Of a stretch of 64,000 bases of DNA, positions 1-7,765 are shown piece after piece (position 1 is the first letter of the stretch; every line of letters starts with the position of its first letter). The DNA lies in NCBI GenBank assembly GCA_963727695.1, contig CAVSHW010000039.1:7770-71769 (forward strand). The letters run 5' to 3'. Source of the DNA: an uncultured Methylomirabilota bacterium. Lineage in GTDB: Bacteria; Methylomirabilota; Methylomirabilia; Methylomirabilales; 2-02-FULL-66-22. Made by a program: the position numbers and the translations under genes. The notes beneath the pieces are model-generated. The model saw only the letters and a list, made by a program, of their open reading frames with translations, was not told where the DNA came from and searched no databases.

Positions 1-1293
1 GTTCCAGCGCACGAGGTAGCCATCTATCTCCGCCCACCGGCTGTAACACTCGAGTCCTCGGGGGCCGCGGAAATAACTCTTCGCGGCGACCCGGTCCCCC
101 GAGCCTCCCGGATGGAGCACGGTTGCGCGCACGCTGGCCAGGATACGGAGCGTGAGGTCATCCTGCAGGGCGAAGAGGTCGGTCCGGTCCCCGTCGTACT
201 GCTGGGCCCAGACGTGGGTGCCCGTCAGGGCGTCGATCAACTGGGCGGTGACGCGGACGCGGTCGCCCGCCCCCTGCACGCTCCCCTCCAGCACGTAGCG
301 CACGCCGAGGGCCTCGCTGACCTCGGGGATGCTCACCGCTTTGCCCGTATAGACGGCCGTCGCGGCCCGGGCGATGACAAAGAACTGCGGCACCCGGGCG
401 AGCGCCGTGGTGATGCCCTCGGTCATCGCGCGGCTCAGGACCTCCTGCTGGGGATCCCCGCTCAGGTTCGCGAACGGGAGCACGGCGATGGACGGCTCCG
501 CCGGGAGGGGGAACGCCATCTTCGCCCGGGAGGCCACCGCCGGGTGGGGGACCGCACTGCGCCCGATCGCGACGGTCAGGATTCCGATAACCACCACCGC
601 GGCGAGGAGCGCTGCGCGGCGGGAGGTGCGGAGGACTCCCCACGCGCGCTGCCACCATGGCGCGGGGGCCCGTTCGGCGGCGGCGGACGAATCGGCCTCC
701 CGTGCCCGCTGCCCTCGCGGGCCCGCCTGCGCGGTCAGCCGCGCGACAAACCGGTCCCACGCCTCCCCATTCACCGCGTCCTCGTAGCGGAGGACCACGT
801 CCTCCAGGGTCAACCCGAGCGCGTCCAGGGCGAACTTCAGCCGGACGTGCTCATGGCTCCCCTGATACGCGAACAGGGTGGCCCACCGATCCTGCTCGGC
901 CTCGGTGACGGGATAGGCTTTGCCCGGCCCCTCGCCAGAGCCTTTCTTCCGTCCGCGGACCTCAAACAGCGGGGCCGCTTCCAGGTTCGGGAGGGCCTGC
1001 TGCCATTTCTGATAGATCCGGGAGAGCAAGGACCCCGCCGCCGAGGACCCCGCCGCCTCCCCGACCGTGTCGTTGAGCACCGCCAAGACGGCATGCTGGC
1101 CTTCCAAGGGGATCGAGGTGATCCGTCCCAGGCGTTGCATCTCGGTCACGACCAGGGCGATCACGCCGAGATAGAACCGGCGGGAGGGAGAATTGAAGTG
1201 CAGGGTGAGTTCCAGGATCTGGGGGCAGGCAATCGCGAGCGTGAACTGGGTGAGGTCGATGGTGATTTTGGCGGGAGGGGTCGAGATCGCCAT
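1..1293 (-). CDS. Membrane-anchored protein, partial (C-terminus beyond window start): unknown ~200-aa cytoplasmic N-domain, one TM helix, TolB-N-like periplasmic domain
   Basis: Own translation of the minus strand. ATG at 1293-1291 (MAISTPPAKITIDLTQF...), open for 431 codons to base 1. Absent from the ORF track because no stop lies in the window. TM segment AALLAAVVVIGILTVAIG. Then IAVLPFANLSGDPQQEVLSRAMTEGITTALARVPQFFVIAR...VRYVLEGSVQGAGDRVRVTAQLIDALTGTHVWAQQYD, the pattern of TolB-N-like sensor domains that usually precede TPR repeats. Confidence 0.65.
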   Translation of the reverse strand, partial: MAISTPPAKITIDLTQFTLAIACPQILELTLHFNSPSRRFYLGVIALVVTEMQRLGRITSIPLEGQHAVLAVLNDTVGEAAGSSAAGSLLSRIYQKWQQALPNLEAAPLFEVRGRKKGSGEGPGKAYPVTEAEQDRWATLFAYQGSHEHVRLKFALDALGLTLEDVVLRYEDAVNGEAWDRFVARLTAQAGPRGQRAREADSSAAAERAPAPWWQRAWGVLRTSRRAALLAAVVVIGILTVAIGRSAVPHPAVASRAKMAFPLPAEPSIAVLPFANLSGDPQQEVLSRAMTEGITTALARVPQFFVIARAATAVYTGKAVSIPEVSEALGVRYVLEGSVQGAGDRVRVTAQLIDALTGTHVWAQQYDGDRTDLFALQDDLTLRILASVRATVLHPGGSGDRVAAKSYFRGPRGLECYSRWAEIDGYLVRWN

Positions 1294-1558
1294 CGTGCCA
1301 CCCCCAATCGGCCGACCGGCGAAAAAGTGTAACGGTAATTACCATCACCTCCATACCACGGCCCTATGCTTCCAGCAAGGCAAAAGTGGGGCAGGGACAG
1401 CTCCAGCACGGACTCCAGGGGCGCTGGGACGGGGGGAGGGCGGGGGGGGACAGGAGTCCAACTCCCGAGCGATTGGGCCCAGGCCGACGGCACCGGCAGG
1501 ACCATCAAAGGGGCCGGTGCTGTGACACGCATCGGCACACGACCCGAAGGGGGACACC

Positions 1559-2077
1559 ATGGCCTATCAGATTCGCTGCTTGAAATGTCCGGCGGACACC
1601 TGGGCGGGGAACATCCGGGATCTCATCGACGGTCATACCACCGAGACCGGCCGGCTCCGCTGTGGCCACTGCGGCGAGACCGAGACGTATGTCGCGCAGA
1701 TCACCGGGCGCTGGGAGCAGGAACCTGACGCCACCTGGGACGAGTACATCAAGGGGGTGATCCGGCTCACACCGGACGCGCGCGGCATCACCCCGGTGGT
1801 CTTCCTGACCGCCGCCGTGCCGGACGGCGAGGTGGCGCAACTGCGGGTGAGCTATTACACGGCCCCGGATCCCGACGGGCGGCTCACCCCCGGGCCGGGG
1901 CCCGGGACGGCCCCCACGCTCACCCTGGATACCCTGCGACAACTCCTGGTCAAGCTCGGCGCGTTCGGGGTGGTCCGCCCGCAGGAGCTGGAGGTGGTTG
2001 CCCAACTGATTCGCTTGGATGCGCCGATGCTTGACACGCACGCCGTGACGGCGGTCCGCGCACCCAGCAAGGCGTAA
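1559..2077 (+). CDS. Hypothetical protein with N-terminal CxxC...CxxC zinc ribbon
   Basis: Track ORF of 172 aa. MAYQIRCLKCPADTW...RLRCGHCGETETY gives a 4-Cys ribbon. No family recognised. Divergent from the gene at 1-1293. Confidence 0.5.
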   Translation: MAYQIRCLKCPADTWAGNIRDLIDGHTTETGRLRCGHCGETETYVAQITGRWEQEPDATWDEYIKGVIRLTPDARGITPVVFLTAAVPDGEVAQLRVSYYTAPDPDGRLTPGPGPGTAPTLTLDTLRQLLVKLGAFGVVRPQELEVVAQLIRLDAPMLDTHAVTAVRAPSKA

Positions 2078-2123
2078 CGACCGTACCGCAGGCCGGCGTG
2101 ACCCGGCGCAGCAGGAGGCACCC

Positions 2124-2261
2124 ATGAATTTCCGCATTCGGCTCTGTGTCGTTGCGTATCTGGTACTGTTCGGCCTCTGCATCTGGCTCGCCGCCGCACT
2201 GGCAACCCTCAGCCCGGCAGGAGAGATGATGGCGAGTGCCATAGCGTCCTCACCCGAGTGA
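2124..2261 (+). CDS. Possible 45-aa small membrane protein
   Basis: Own reading: AGGAGG at 2113-2118, ATG at 2124, MNFRIRLCVVAYLVLFGLCIWLAAALATLSPAGEMMASAIASSPE, TGA at 2259-2261. One hydrophobic helix. Below the track's length cutoff. Confidence 0.3.
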   Translation: MNFRIRLCVVAYLVLFGLCIWLAAALATLSPAGEMMASAIASSPE

Positions 2262-2309
2262 CGACCGACACGATACCCCCAAGAGGAACAACGTGAAGGG
2301 AGAGGGGGA

Positions 2310-2341
2310 GCGGCCGCCGGTCCCGACGACTCGGCGGCCGC
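2310..2341. terminator. GC-rich hairpin between convergent genes (possible bidirectional terminator)
   Basis: GCGGCCGCC-14 nt-GGCGGCCGC lies between the small ORF stop (2261) and the hsp20 stop (2360). On the minus strand it is followed by a pyrimidine/T-containing tract. Confidence 0.4.
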
Positions 2342-2359
2342 CGCACGGGAGAGCTCGCG

Positions 2360-2755
2360 CTAACTTACCTGGACAGTGATTTGCCGCGGCTTGGCCCTCT
2401 CTTTCTTCGGCAGATGGAGGGCCAACACGCCGTGTTTGAGCTCGGCTGAAATCCGGTCCGCATCCACCGCGTCGGGCAATTCGAATTGCCGGTAGAAATT
2501 GAGCAGTTCGTATTCCCGCGCAATCGGCGTCCCGGGAGCGATGTGTTTGGTGTTCCCCTGTAACGTCAACACACCGTCGGCCACTCGAACATCGAGGGCC
2601 TCTTGTTCTACCCCGGGCAAGTCGGCGATCACGGTCAATCCATCTTTGGTCTCGAAGATGTCAACGGGCGGGGTGATGTACCGCTCGTACGCCCGGGTTT
2701 CCTCACGCCGGGCAACTGTTTCAGGCTGCACGCTGGGCACCGTCTTCTCTGCCAT
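2360..2755 (-). CDS. Hsp20/alpha-crystallin small heat-shock protein (131 aa)
   Basis: C-terminal part of track ORF 2360..3214, starting MAEKTVPS (ATG 2755-2753, GAGGAGG just upstream). Alpha-crystallin core PVDIFETKDGLTVIADLPGV...ISAELKHGVLALHLPK. Confidence 0.9.
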   Translation of the reverse strand: MAEKTVPSVQPETVARREETRAYERYITPPVDIFETKDGLTVIADLPGVEQEALDVRVADGVLTLQGNTKHIAPGTPIAREYELLNFYRQFELPDAVDADRISAELKHGVLALHLPKKERAKPRQITVQVS

Positions 2756-2769
2756 CGTGGTCACCTCCT

Positions 2770-3231
2770 CTATCCGGCCACCTTCACCTGGATCTGCTTT
2801 GGTTTCGCCGCCTCCGCCTTGGGCATCGTCACCACGAGCAACCCGTTCCGATAGTCCGCCTGGACACGTGTCGCGTCGACTTCCATGGGCAATGCAATGG
2901 TCCGAGTGAATCGGCCGGCCGCTCGCTCGTTCCGATGATACGCATCCGCAGTCACCTGAGCCAGGCCGGGCTTCTCGCCCTTGATCGTGAGCGCGCCCTG
3001 GAGGACGGACAAGTCCAGCGACTTGGGATCTACGCCGGGAGCCAAGGCTTCGACGTACAGGTTGGCTTCGTCTTCGCTGAGGTTCACCAACGGGTATTGG
3101 CGCGCGCCCTGTCCGGGCAAGAACGCCACGCGCCAGGACTGAGGACGGCGATCGGTCCAGAATGTCTGGAACGTCCGATCGATCTCCTGCCGTAACGCAT
3201 CCAGGTCTCCCCATGGAGTTACGATCGCCAT
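2770..3231 (-). CDS. Hsp20/alpha-crystallin small heat-shock protein (153 aa)
   Basis: Track ORF. YPLVNLSEDEANLYVEALAPGVDPKSLDLSVLQGALTIKGEK...ADYRNGLLVVTMPK is a typical alpha-crystallin domain. Tandem with the gene at 2360-2755. Confidence 0.9.
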   Translation of the reverse strand: MAIVTPWGDLDALRQEIDRTFQTFWTDRRPQSWRVAFLPGQGARQYPLVNLSEDEANLYVEALAPGVDPKSLDLSVLQGALTIKGEKPGLAQVTADAYHRNERAAGRFTRTIALPMEVDATRVQADYRNGLLVVTMPKAEAAKPKQIQVKVAG

Positions 3232-3338
3232 AGCTTCCTCCTTTCTTTGTGAGTAGATGGTTGATGGTGGTCTGCGCAGAACGTCTCCTCCCCCACTAGC
3301 ATCTCGACCGGATTCTTCGTGGTATCTGACTATAAATA

Positions 3339-3367
3339 TATATATTACATGAGTCTATACTTGTCAA
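3339..3367 (-). promoter_or_regulatory. Near-consensus sigma70-type promoter for the hsp20 pair
   Basis: Minus strand reads TTGACA (3367-3362), a 17-nt spacer, then TATATA (3344-3339), inside a conspicuously AT-rich island. The -35 box sits in the palindrome ACTTGTCAAGT. It would give a ~100-nt 5-prime UTR. Confidence 0.45.
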
Positions 3368-3777
3368 GTATTTTCTATCTTCAGCCAAATCTTCCCAAGA
3401 GTAAGATATCATAACGGAATTTCATTCGTGCACCGAGGTTGGCGCAGCATGGCAATAGGGAGGGCAAGGAACGCTCAGACGGGTATCGGAGAGCATTTCA
3501 GAACAACGAGAAATCCTGGTGGATATGTTGGCTATGACGCGACCAGGAATGCGATCGACATGGGCGAGGGTTGGGGACGCCCACGCTGCTGGCCAGGCGG
3601 TCCCGTCGGCCGACGATGATCCCGTCCAGGCCCCTTCTATATCTTCTCCTCTCGAATCCCTCACAGGCACTGGGCTGTTCTTCTCGACACGATTTAGAGT
3701 GGAATCCTGTGGAGTGGACGATTGTTCCCTCTTCCGTGGTAGGGCGATATACTGGTTGCATGAGGAGGGAAACAGCT

Positions 3778-4422
3778 ATGGAAACGCGGCGGAGCTTCAT
3801 GCGATGGGTATTCGGGTGTCTTCTCGGGGGCGGCGTGCTGCTCGGCCCTCTCTCGTCCGCGATGCGGCGGGCGTGGGCGGCGAGCAGGAAGATTCTGGCC
3901 AAGGGGACCAAGAGAGAAAGTCTGATCCAAGAAGACCCGGCTGGACTCGATACGACCAACCTGGAGATCACGCCCCTGGAAGAGTTCGGGACCATGGGCC
4001 AAACCGACAAGGTGGTGGACCCCACCGCGTGGCGGCTGGAAGTCTCCGGAAAGGTGAAGCGGGCTTTGAGCTTGACCTACGCCCAGATCACCGCCCTGCC
4101 CTCCATCGAAAGGGAGGTGCTGTTGATCTGCCCAGGGTTTTTTGCCAATCATGGGCGGTGGAAAGGATTCTCCCTCAAGAGGCTCCTGCAGCAGGCAGAG
4201 GTCGATCGCAGCGCGGGTCGGGTCACCATCGAGGCACGTGGGCAAAAGACTGCACGGTTTCCCCTGGCGGATATTCTCTCCGACAAGGTCTTTCTGGCCT
4301 ACCAGGTGAACGGCAAGGATCTGCCCCGGAAACACGGATCCCCGCTCCGCGTGGTCGCGGAGGATCACTATGGATCCGACTGGGTGAAGTATGTCGACAG
4401 GATCTCGGTTGAAACGACGTGA
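3778..4422 (+). CDS. Small Tat-exported molybdopterin-binding oxidoreductase domain protein (sulfite-oxidase/YedY fold, 214 aa)
   Basis: Within track ORF 3571..4422. GAGGAGG precedes the ATG at 3778. Twin-arginine signal METRRSFMRW. WRLEVSGKV...LTYAQITALP...LICPG...GSPLRVVAEDHYGSDWVKYVDRI matches Oxidored_molyb proteins. Confidence 0.8.
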   Translation: METRRSFMRWVFGCLLGGGVLLGPLSSAMRRAWAASRKILAKGTKRESLIQEDPAGLDTTNLEITPLEEFGTMGQTDKVVDPTAWRLEVSGKVKRALSLTYAQITALPSIEREVLLICPGFFANHGRWKGFSLKRLLQQAEVDRSAGRVTIEARGQKTARFPLADILSDKVFLAYQVNGKDLPRKHGSPLRVVAEDHYGSDWVKYVDRISVETT

Positions 4423-4483
4423 TCGCCAACCAGCAGCCATGCTCCCATTCGATTCGTGTTCGGGAAGCCGCTAGAGACACGCA

Positions 4484-4520
4484 GGCCCGGCTCGCAGCCT
4501 CGAGCCGGGCCCGTTTCTTT
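4484..4520 (+). terminator. Rho-independent terminator
   Basis: GGCCCGGCTCG-cagcct-CGAGCCGGGCC followed by CGTTTCTTT, 60 nt after the stop at 4422. Confidence 0.7.
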
Positions 4521-4536
4521 GGCGGTGGAATTTCGG

Positions 4537-4701
4537 TCAGCTCTTGCGTGACGTCTTGGTGACAACGCCGGTGAACTGCGACTCCAGCTCGCTGGATCCG
4601 CAGGCCGGACAGGCAGGCTGCTTCTCCCCACGCTCCCGGATCGTCATCGTGACCGTAAACACCTTCTGGCACTTGAGGCAGAGAAACTCATAGGTTGGCA
4701 T
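4537..4701 (-). CDS. FmdB-family zinc-ribbon protein (54 aa)
   Basis: MPTYEFLCLKCQKVFTV...CPACGSSELE matches the CxxC_CxxC_SSSS signature. Start taken at the internal ATG (4701-4699) of track ORF 4537..4803. Confidence 0.8.
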   Translation of the reverse strand: MPTYEFLCLKCQKVFTVTMTIRERGEKQPACPACGSSELESQFTGVVTKTSRKS

Positions 4702-4818
4702 GAGCGCCCTCCTTCTTTTCGACACACTCCGCCCTGAATATAGTACCGAATGCTCTCTATTTCCAGGGGTGCGCAGATTACGGGACGGACGCGAGGCGAC
4801 CACCGGGACGGATTCGGC

Positions 4819-5439
4819 TCAGCGGGATAGAGAACGCGGCTTCCGAAGCAAGTATAGGAAGTACAGGCCGCCGAACCCCATGGAGATCTCCTGGAGGATC
4901 TCTAGCGAGGTTTGGGCCAGGATCGTGTGGAAGTTTCGGTCCACCGCGGTCACGTAGCCGCCGCAGATGGCGTTGGCGACGCGGAAGAAGAGCGGAGGGC
5001 GGCTGGGTCGGTTCCAGAATTTGTCCAGGACCACCAACAGGCCGCCCGGCTTGACGACCCGCTCCGCTTCCAGTAGGGTGCGAATCGGGTCCGGTACCAC
5101 GGCCAGAATGAGGTGAAGGATCGCCTTGTCGAAGGTGTTGTCCGGGAAGCGGAGGTTCATCGCATCCATCTCTTCCAGACGGATGTGGCAATCCCCGATC
5201 TTCGCCTCCGCCCGGCGAAGCATGGCGGGGGTGAGATCCACGGCGACGCACTGCGTGTCGCGCGGGAGAAACTCGAAGTCCGCCCCGGTTCCGCACCCCA
5301 CGATCAGGAGCGCATCCTTCGGCCCCAGGTCCAGAAGTCCGATCGAGCGACGGCGACTACCGCGCAGGAATCGGGTGAGCGGATCGTAGATCGTCGCCCA
5401 GATCGTGTAGGCCCGGCGGAGTCCGCGATTGCTTGCCAT
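4819..5439 (-). CDS. Class I SAM-dependent methyltransferase (206 aa)
   Basis: Motif I LLIVGCGTGADF and post-I VAVDLTPAML, then ...VVKPGGLLVVLD. Start MASNRGL at 5439, within track ORF 4819..5733. Confidence 0.8.
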   Translation of the reverse strand: MASNRGLRRAYTIWATIYDPLTRFLRGSRRRSIGLLDLGPKDALLIVGCGTGADFEFLPRDTQCVAVDLTPAMLRRAEAKIGDCHIRLEEMDAMNLRFPDNTFDKAILHLILAVVPDPIRTLLEAERVVKPGGLLVVLDKFWNRPSRPPLFFRVANAICGGYVTAVDRNFHTILAQTSLEILQEISMGFGGLYFLYLLRKPRSLSR

Positions 5440-5626
5440 GGCACACCTGCTCGGCAGCAGTGACTGTGGGCCTGGACGATACGAGCCCAGCCCCTCGGCG
5501 TCAAGCCGGAAGGTCATCCGACCGGATGCGCTTCCCCTTCCCTTTCGTCCAAAGTGCTTGACTTCCCCCCGCGCCTCCCTACAATCCGCCAGAGCGTTGC
5601 ACTTCACCCGAAGAGAGGAGAATGGC

Positions 5627-6430
5627 ATGAACCCGGAATCGGTGGCTGGTTTCTTACGCGGACGCAAAGTCTTCGACCTGGGGGTGGAACTGTTCCCCGG
5701 CATGCCGCACGTCCCGACCCACTCCCCGTTCATGTATCAGATGGTTCGGGAGCACGGAGACCTGATGTACGGGGAGGGCGTCTCAGCGGCGGTGGACATC
5801 TTTGGCATGAGCTGCCACACCGGCACCCACCTGGACGGCCTGGGGCACTTCGCCAAGAACCTCTGTTTGCACGGAGGCCAGCCCGTCTCCGGCGGACAAC
5901 ACAAGCTGGAGGGCTTGAAGACGCTTGGCATCGAGCGCGTGGCGCCCATGCTCGGCCGCGGCATCCTTCTGGACGTTCCGGCGTCTCGAGGCGTCGAGAT
6001 CCTGGAGCCGAACCGGGTCATCGGCCCCAAGGACCTGGAGGCGGCGGCCAAGGCGGCCAAGGTCCAGATCCAACCCGGTGACGTAGTCCTGATCCGCACC
6101 GGCTGGATGCGCCTGTGGCCGGACCAGAGGAAATACTACGGCGTCCAGACCGGCCAGCCCGGCATCAACCTGGAGGCTGCCAGGTGGGCGACCGGCCAAG
6201 GCGCCGTCTGTCTGGGGAGCGACAATTTCGCCGTCGAGGTGACGCCCACGGCGGGCAATGCTCATCCGGTCCATATCCACTGTCTGGTCGAGAAGGGAGT
6301 GCACCTGCTGGAGGTGGCGAACCTGGAGGAGTTGAGCCGCACCAAGACGTACGAGTTCGGGCTCGTCCTGGTCCCGATGAAGATCCGGGGGGGCACCGCC
6401 AGCCCGATCCGCCCGCTGGCCGTGGTGTGA
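5627..6430 (+). CDS. Putative cyclase / kynurenine-formamidase-like hydrolase
   Basis: CHTGTHLDGLGH (HxGTHxDxxxH motif) and GDVVLIRTGW. Start MNPES at 5627 after GAGAGGAG. Within track ORF 5429..6430. Confidence 0.85.
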   Translation: MNPESVAGFLRGRKVFDLGVELFPGMPHVPTHSPFMYQMVREHGDLMYGEGVSAAVDIFGMSCHTGTHLDGLGHFAKNLCLHGGQPVSGGQHKLEGLKTLGIERVAPMLGRGILLDVPASRGVEILEPNRVIGPKDLEAAAKAAKVQIQPGDVVLIRTGWMRLWPDQRKYYGVQTGQPGINLEAARWATGQGAVCLGSDNFAVEVTPTAGNAHPVHIHCLVEKGVHLLEVANLEELSRTKTYEFGLVLVPMKIRGGTASPIRPLAVV

Positions 6431-6432
6431 GC

Positions 6433-6505
6433 CGTTGTCAAAGAATAAGGAGCCGTAACGAAATTCCAATAGACGGACAAGTTATTTCGTAACGGCTCCT
6501 AAACT
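6433..6505 (+). repeat. Hairpin repeat family 2, copy 1
   Basis: CGTTGTCAAAGAATAA, then stem GGAGCCGTAACGAAAT (6449-6464), a 19-nt loop, ATTTCGTAACGGCTCC (6484-6499) and TAAACT. Near-identical to 33844-33946. Confidence 0.8.
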
Positions 6506-6524
6506 TGCGAGAGGAGGACACACG

Positions 6525-7295
6525 GTGGATGCTAAGACGCTGTTCGACTTGTCGGAGAAGGTCGCCATCGTGGCCGGGGGTTCCCGAGGAATCGGATTCG
6601 CCATCGCCGAAGGGCTGGCCTCGGTCGGCGCCAGGATCGTCGTGGCGAACAGCACGTCGGAAACCGGCGGGCGCGCCGCGGCGGCGATACGGGCCCAGGG
6701 CTACGAGGCCAGAGCCATCCCGCTTGACCTGCGCGATCGGGGCTCGATCGAACAAATGGTCTCGGCCACCCTCGAGGCCTTCGGCCGGATCGATATCCTT
6801 GTCAACTCGGTGGGGATTATCCGACGCGGACCGATCGAGACGGCTTCCGAGGAGGACTGGGACGCCATGATGGAGGTGAATCTCCGCGGGGCCTTCCTGT
6901 GCTGCCAGATCGTGGGACGCGAGATGATCGCGCGTGCGCAGGGGAAGATCATCAGCATCTCTTCGAACGTCTCGCAAGTCCTCCAGCCACATCGGGGGGT
7001 CTACGCGGTCACGAAGGCCGGCCTCTCCCACTTGACTCGCGTGCTGGCCCTCGAGTGGGCGCCGCACCATATCAACGTGAACGCGATCGCGCCCGCGCCG
7101 ACCATCACCGATTTGAACCGCAAGTTCTTCGAGGATCACCCGGAGGATTTCAAGGCGCGGACACAGTCCATTCCCCTGGGCCGGCTCGGAATCCCGCAGG
7201 ACTACGTCGGGGCGGCCGTCTTCCTGGCCTCCCGTGCCTCGGACTTCGTCACGGGGCAGACCTACTTCGTGGACGGGGGATCGAACCTGATCTGA
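6525..7295 (+). CDS. SDR-family oxidoreductase
   Basis: GTG start after GAGGAGG. VAIVAGGSRGIGFAIA (TGxxxGxG) and YAVTKAG (YxxxK). Confidence 0.9.
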   Translation: MDAKTLFDLSEKVAIVAGGSRGIGFAIAEGLASVGARIVVANSTSETGGRAAAAIRAQGYEARAIPLDLRDRGSIEQMVSATLEAFGRIDILVNSVGIIRRGPIETASEEDWDAMMEVNLRGAFLCCQIVGREMIARAQGKIISISSNVSQVLQPHRGVYAVTKAGLSHLTRVLALEWAPHHINVNAIAPAPTITDLNRKFFEDHPEDFKARTQSIPLGRLGIPQDYVGAAVFLASRASDFVTGQTYFVDGGSNLI

Positions 7296-7305
7296 GGAAG
7301 GAACC

Positions 7306-7740
7306 AGTGGCCGACGGGCACCATAGCCATCTGCGACGTCCGGCCATGGCCTCCGCGGATAAGCTGATGCTGACCGTGACGGGGCGAGGCGGCCACGGGG
7401 CGAATCCCCATCACGCCATCGATCCTGTCGTGGCCTCGGCCCAGATCATCACGGCGCTCCAGACATTGATCAGCCGGGAGACTCCTCCGCTCGATGCCGC
7501 CATCCTCAGCATCACGATGCTCAAGGCCGGCAGCGCCTTCAACATCTGACCGGCTCTGAAGACGCCGCCTACTTCTGGCAAAAGGTCCCGGGCTGCTACG
7601 CGTTCATCGGCACGGCCCGGCCCGAATGGTCCCCGGCCCCCTCGATCCACAACTCGAAGTTCGACATCGACGAGTCGGCCCTGGCGATCGGCGCAGATTT
7701 CCTGGTCCAGACCGCCCGTCAGATTCTCCAGTCTCCCTGA
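7306..7740 (+). pseudogene. Remnant of an M20 amidohydrolase (hippurate hydrolase/aminoacylase type)
   Basis: Fragment 1 (ends at stop 7549): DKLMLTVTGRGGHGANPHHAIDPVVASAQIITALQTLISRE...AFNI. Fragment 2, in another frame, to TGA 7738-7740: GSEDAAYFWQKVPGCYAFIG...IHNSKFDIDESALAIGADFL. The N-terminal ~170 aa and ~100 internal aa of a normal M20 enzyme are absent. Confidence 0.75.
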
Positions 7741-7765
7741 CGATGTCGGAGGGGAGCGGGCGGTG

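Noticed and set aside
112-1332. 406-aa plus-strand ORF, the longest ORF offered for the first 1.3 kb
   Set aside because: It is antisense to a much more protein-like minus-strand frame (TM helix plus TolB-N-like domain). Its own sequence is an Arg/Gly/Pro/Asp-rich low-complexity shadow typical of high-GC DNA.
3232-3332. ROSE/fourU-type RNA thermometer in the hsp20 leader
   Set aside because: No obvious U(U/C)GCU or UUUU stretch is positioned to pair with the SD sequence. It is kept only as a low-confidence suggestion under findings.
3420-3777. Lower-GC 360-nt leader upstream of the molybdoenzyme gene, considered as a Moco riboswitch
   Set aside because: I could not find the conserved Moco-motif elements I recall (for example a CCUCCGAGCC-like core). 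Small ORFs there (3428..3619 and 3422..3670) look spurious. A cmsearch would be needed to call anything.
7276-7287. GGGGATCGAACC, reverse complement of a tRNA T-arm-like GGTTCGATCCCC
   Set aside because: It lies inside the SDR coding sequence (…VDGGSNLI). No matching T-stem, acceptor stem or anticodon arm can be drawn.
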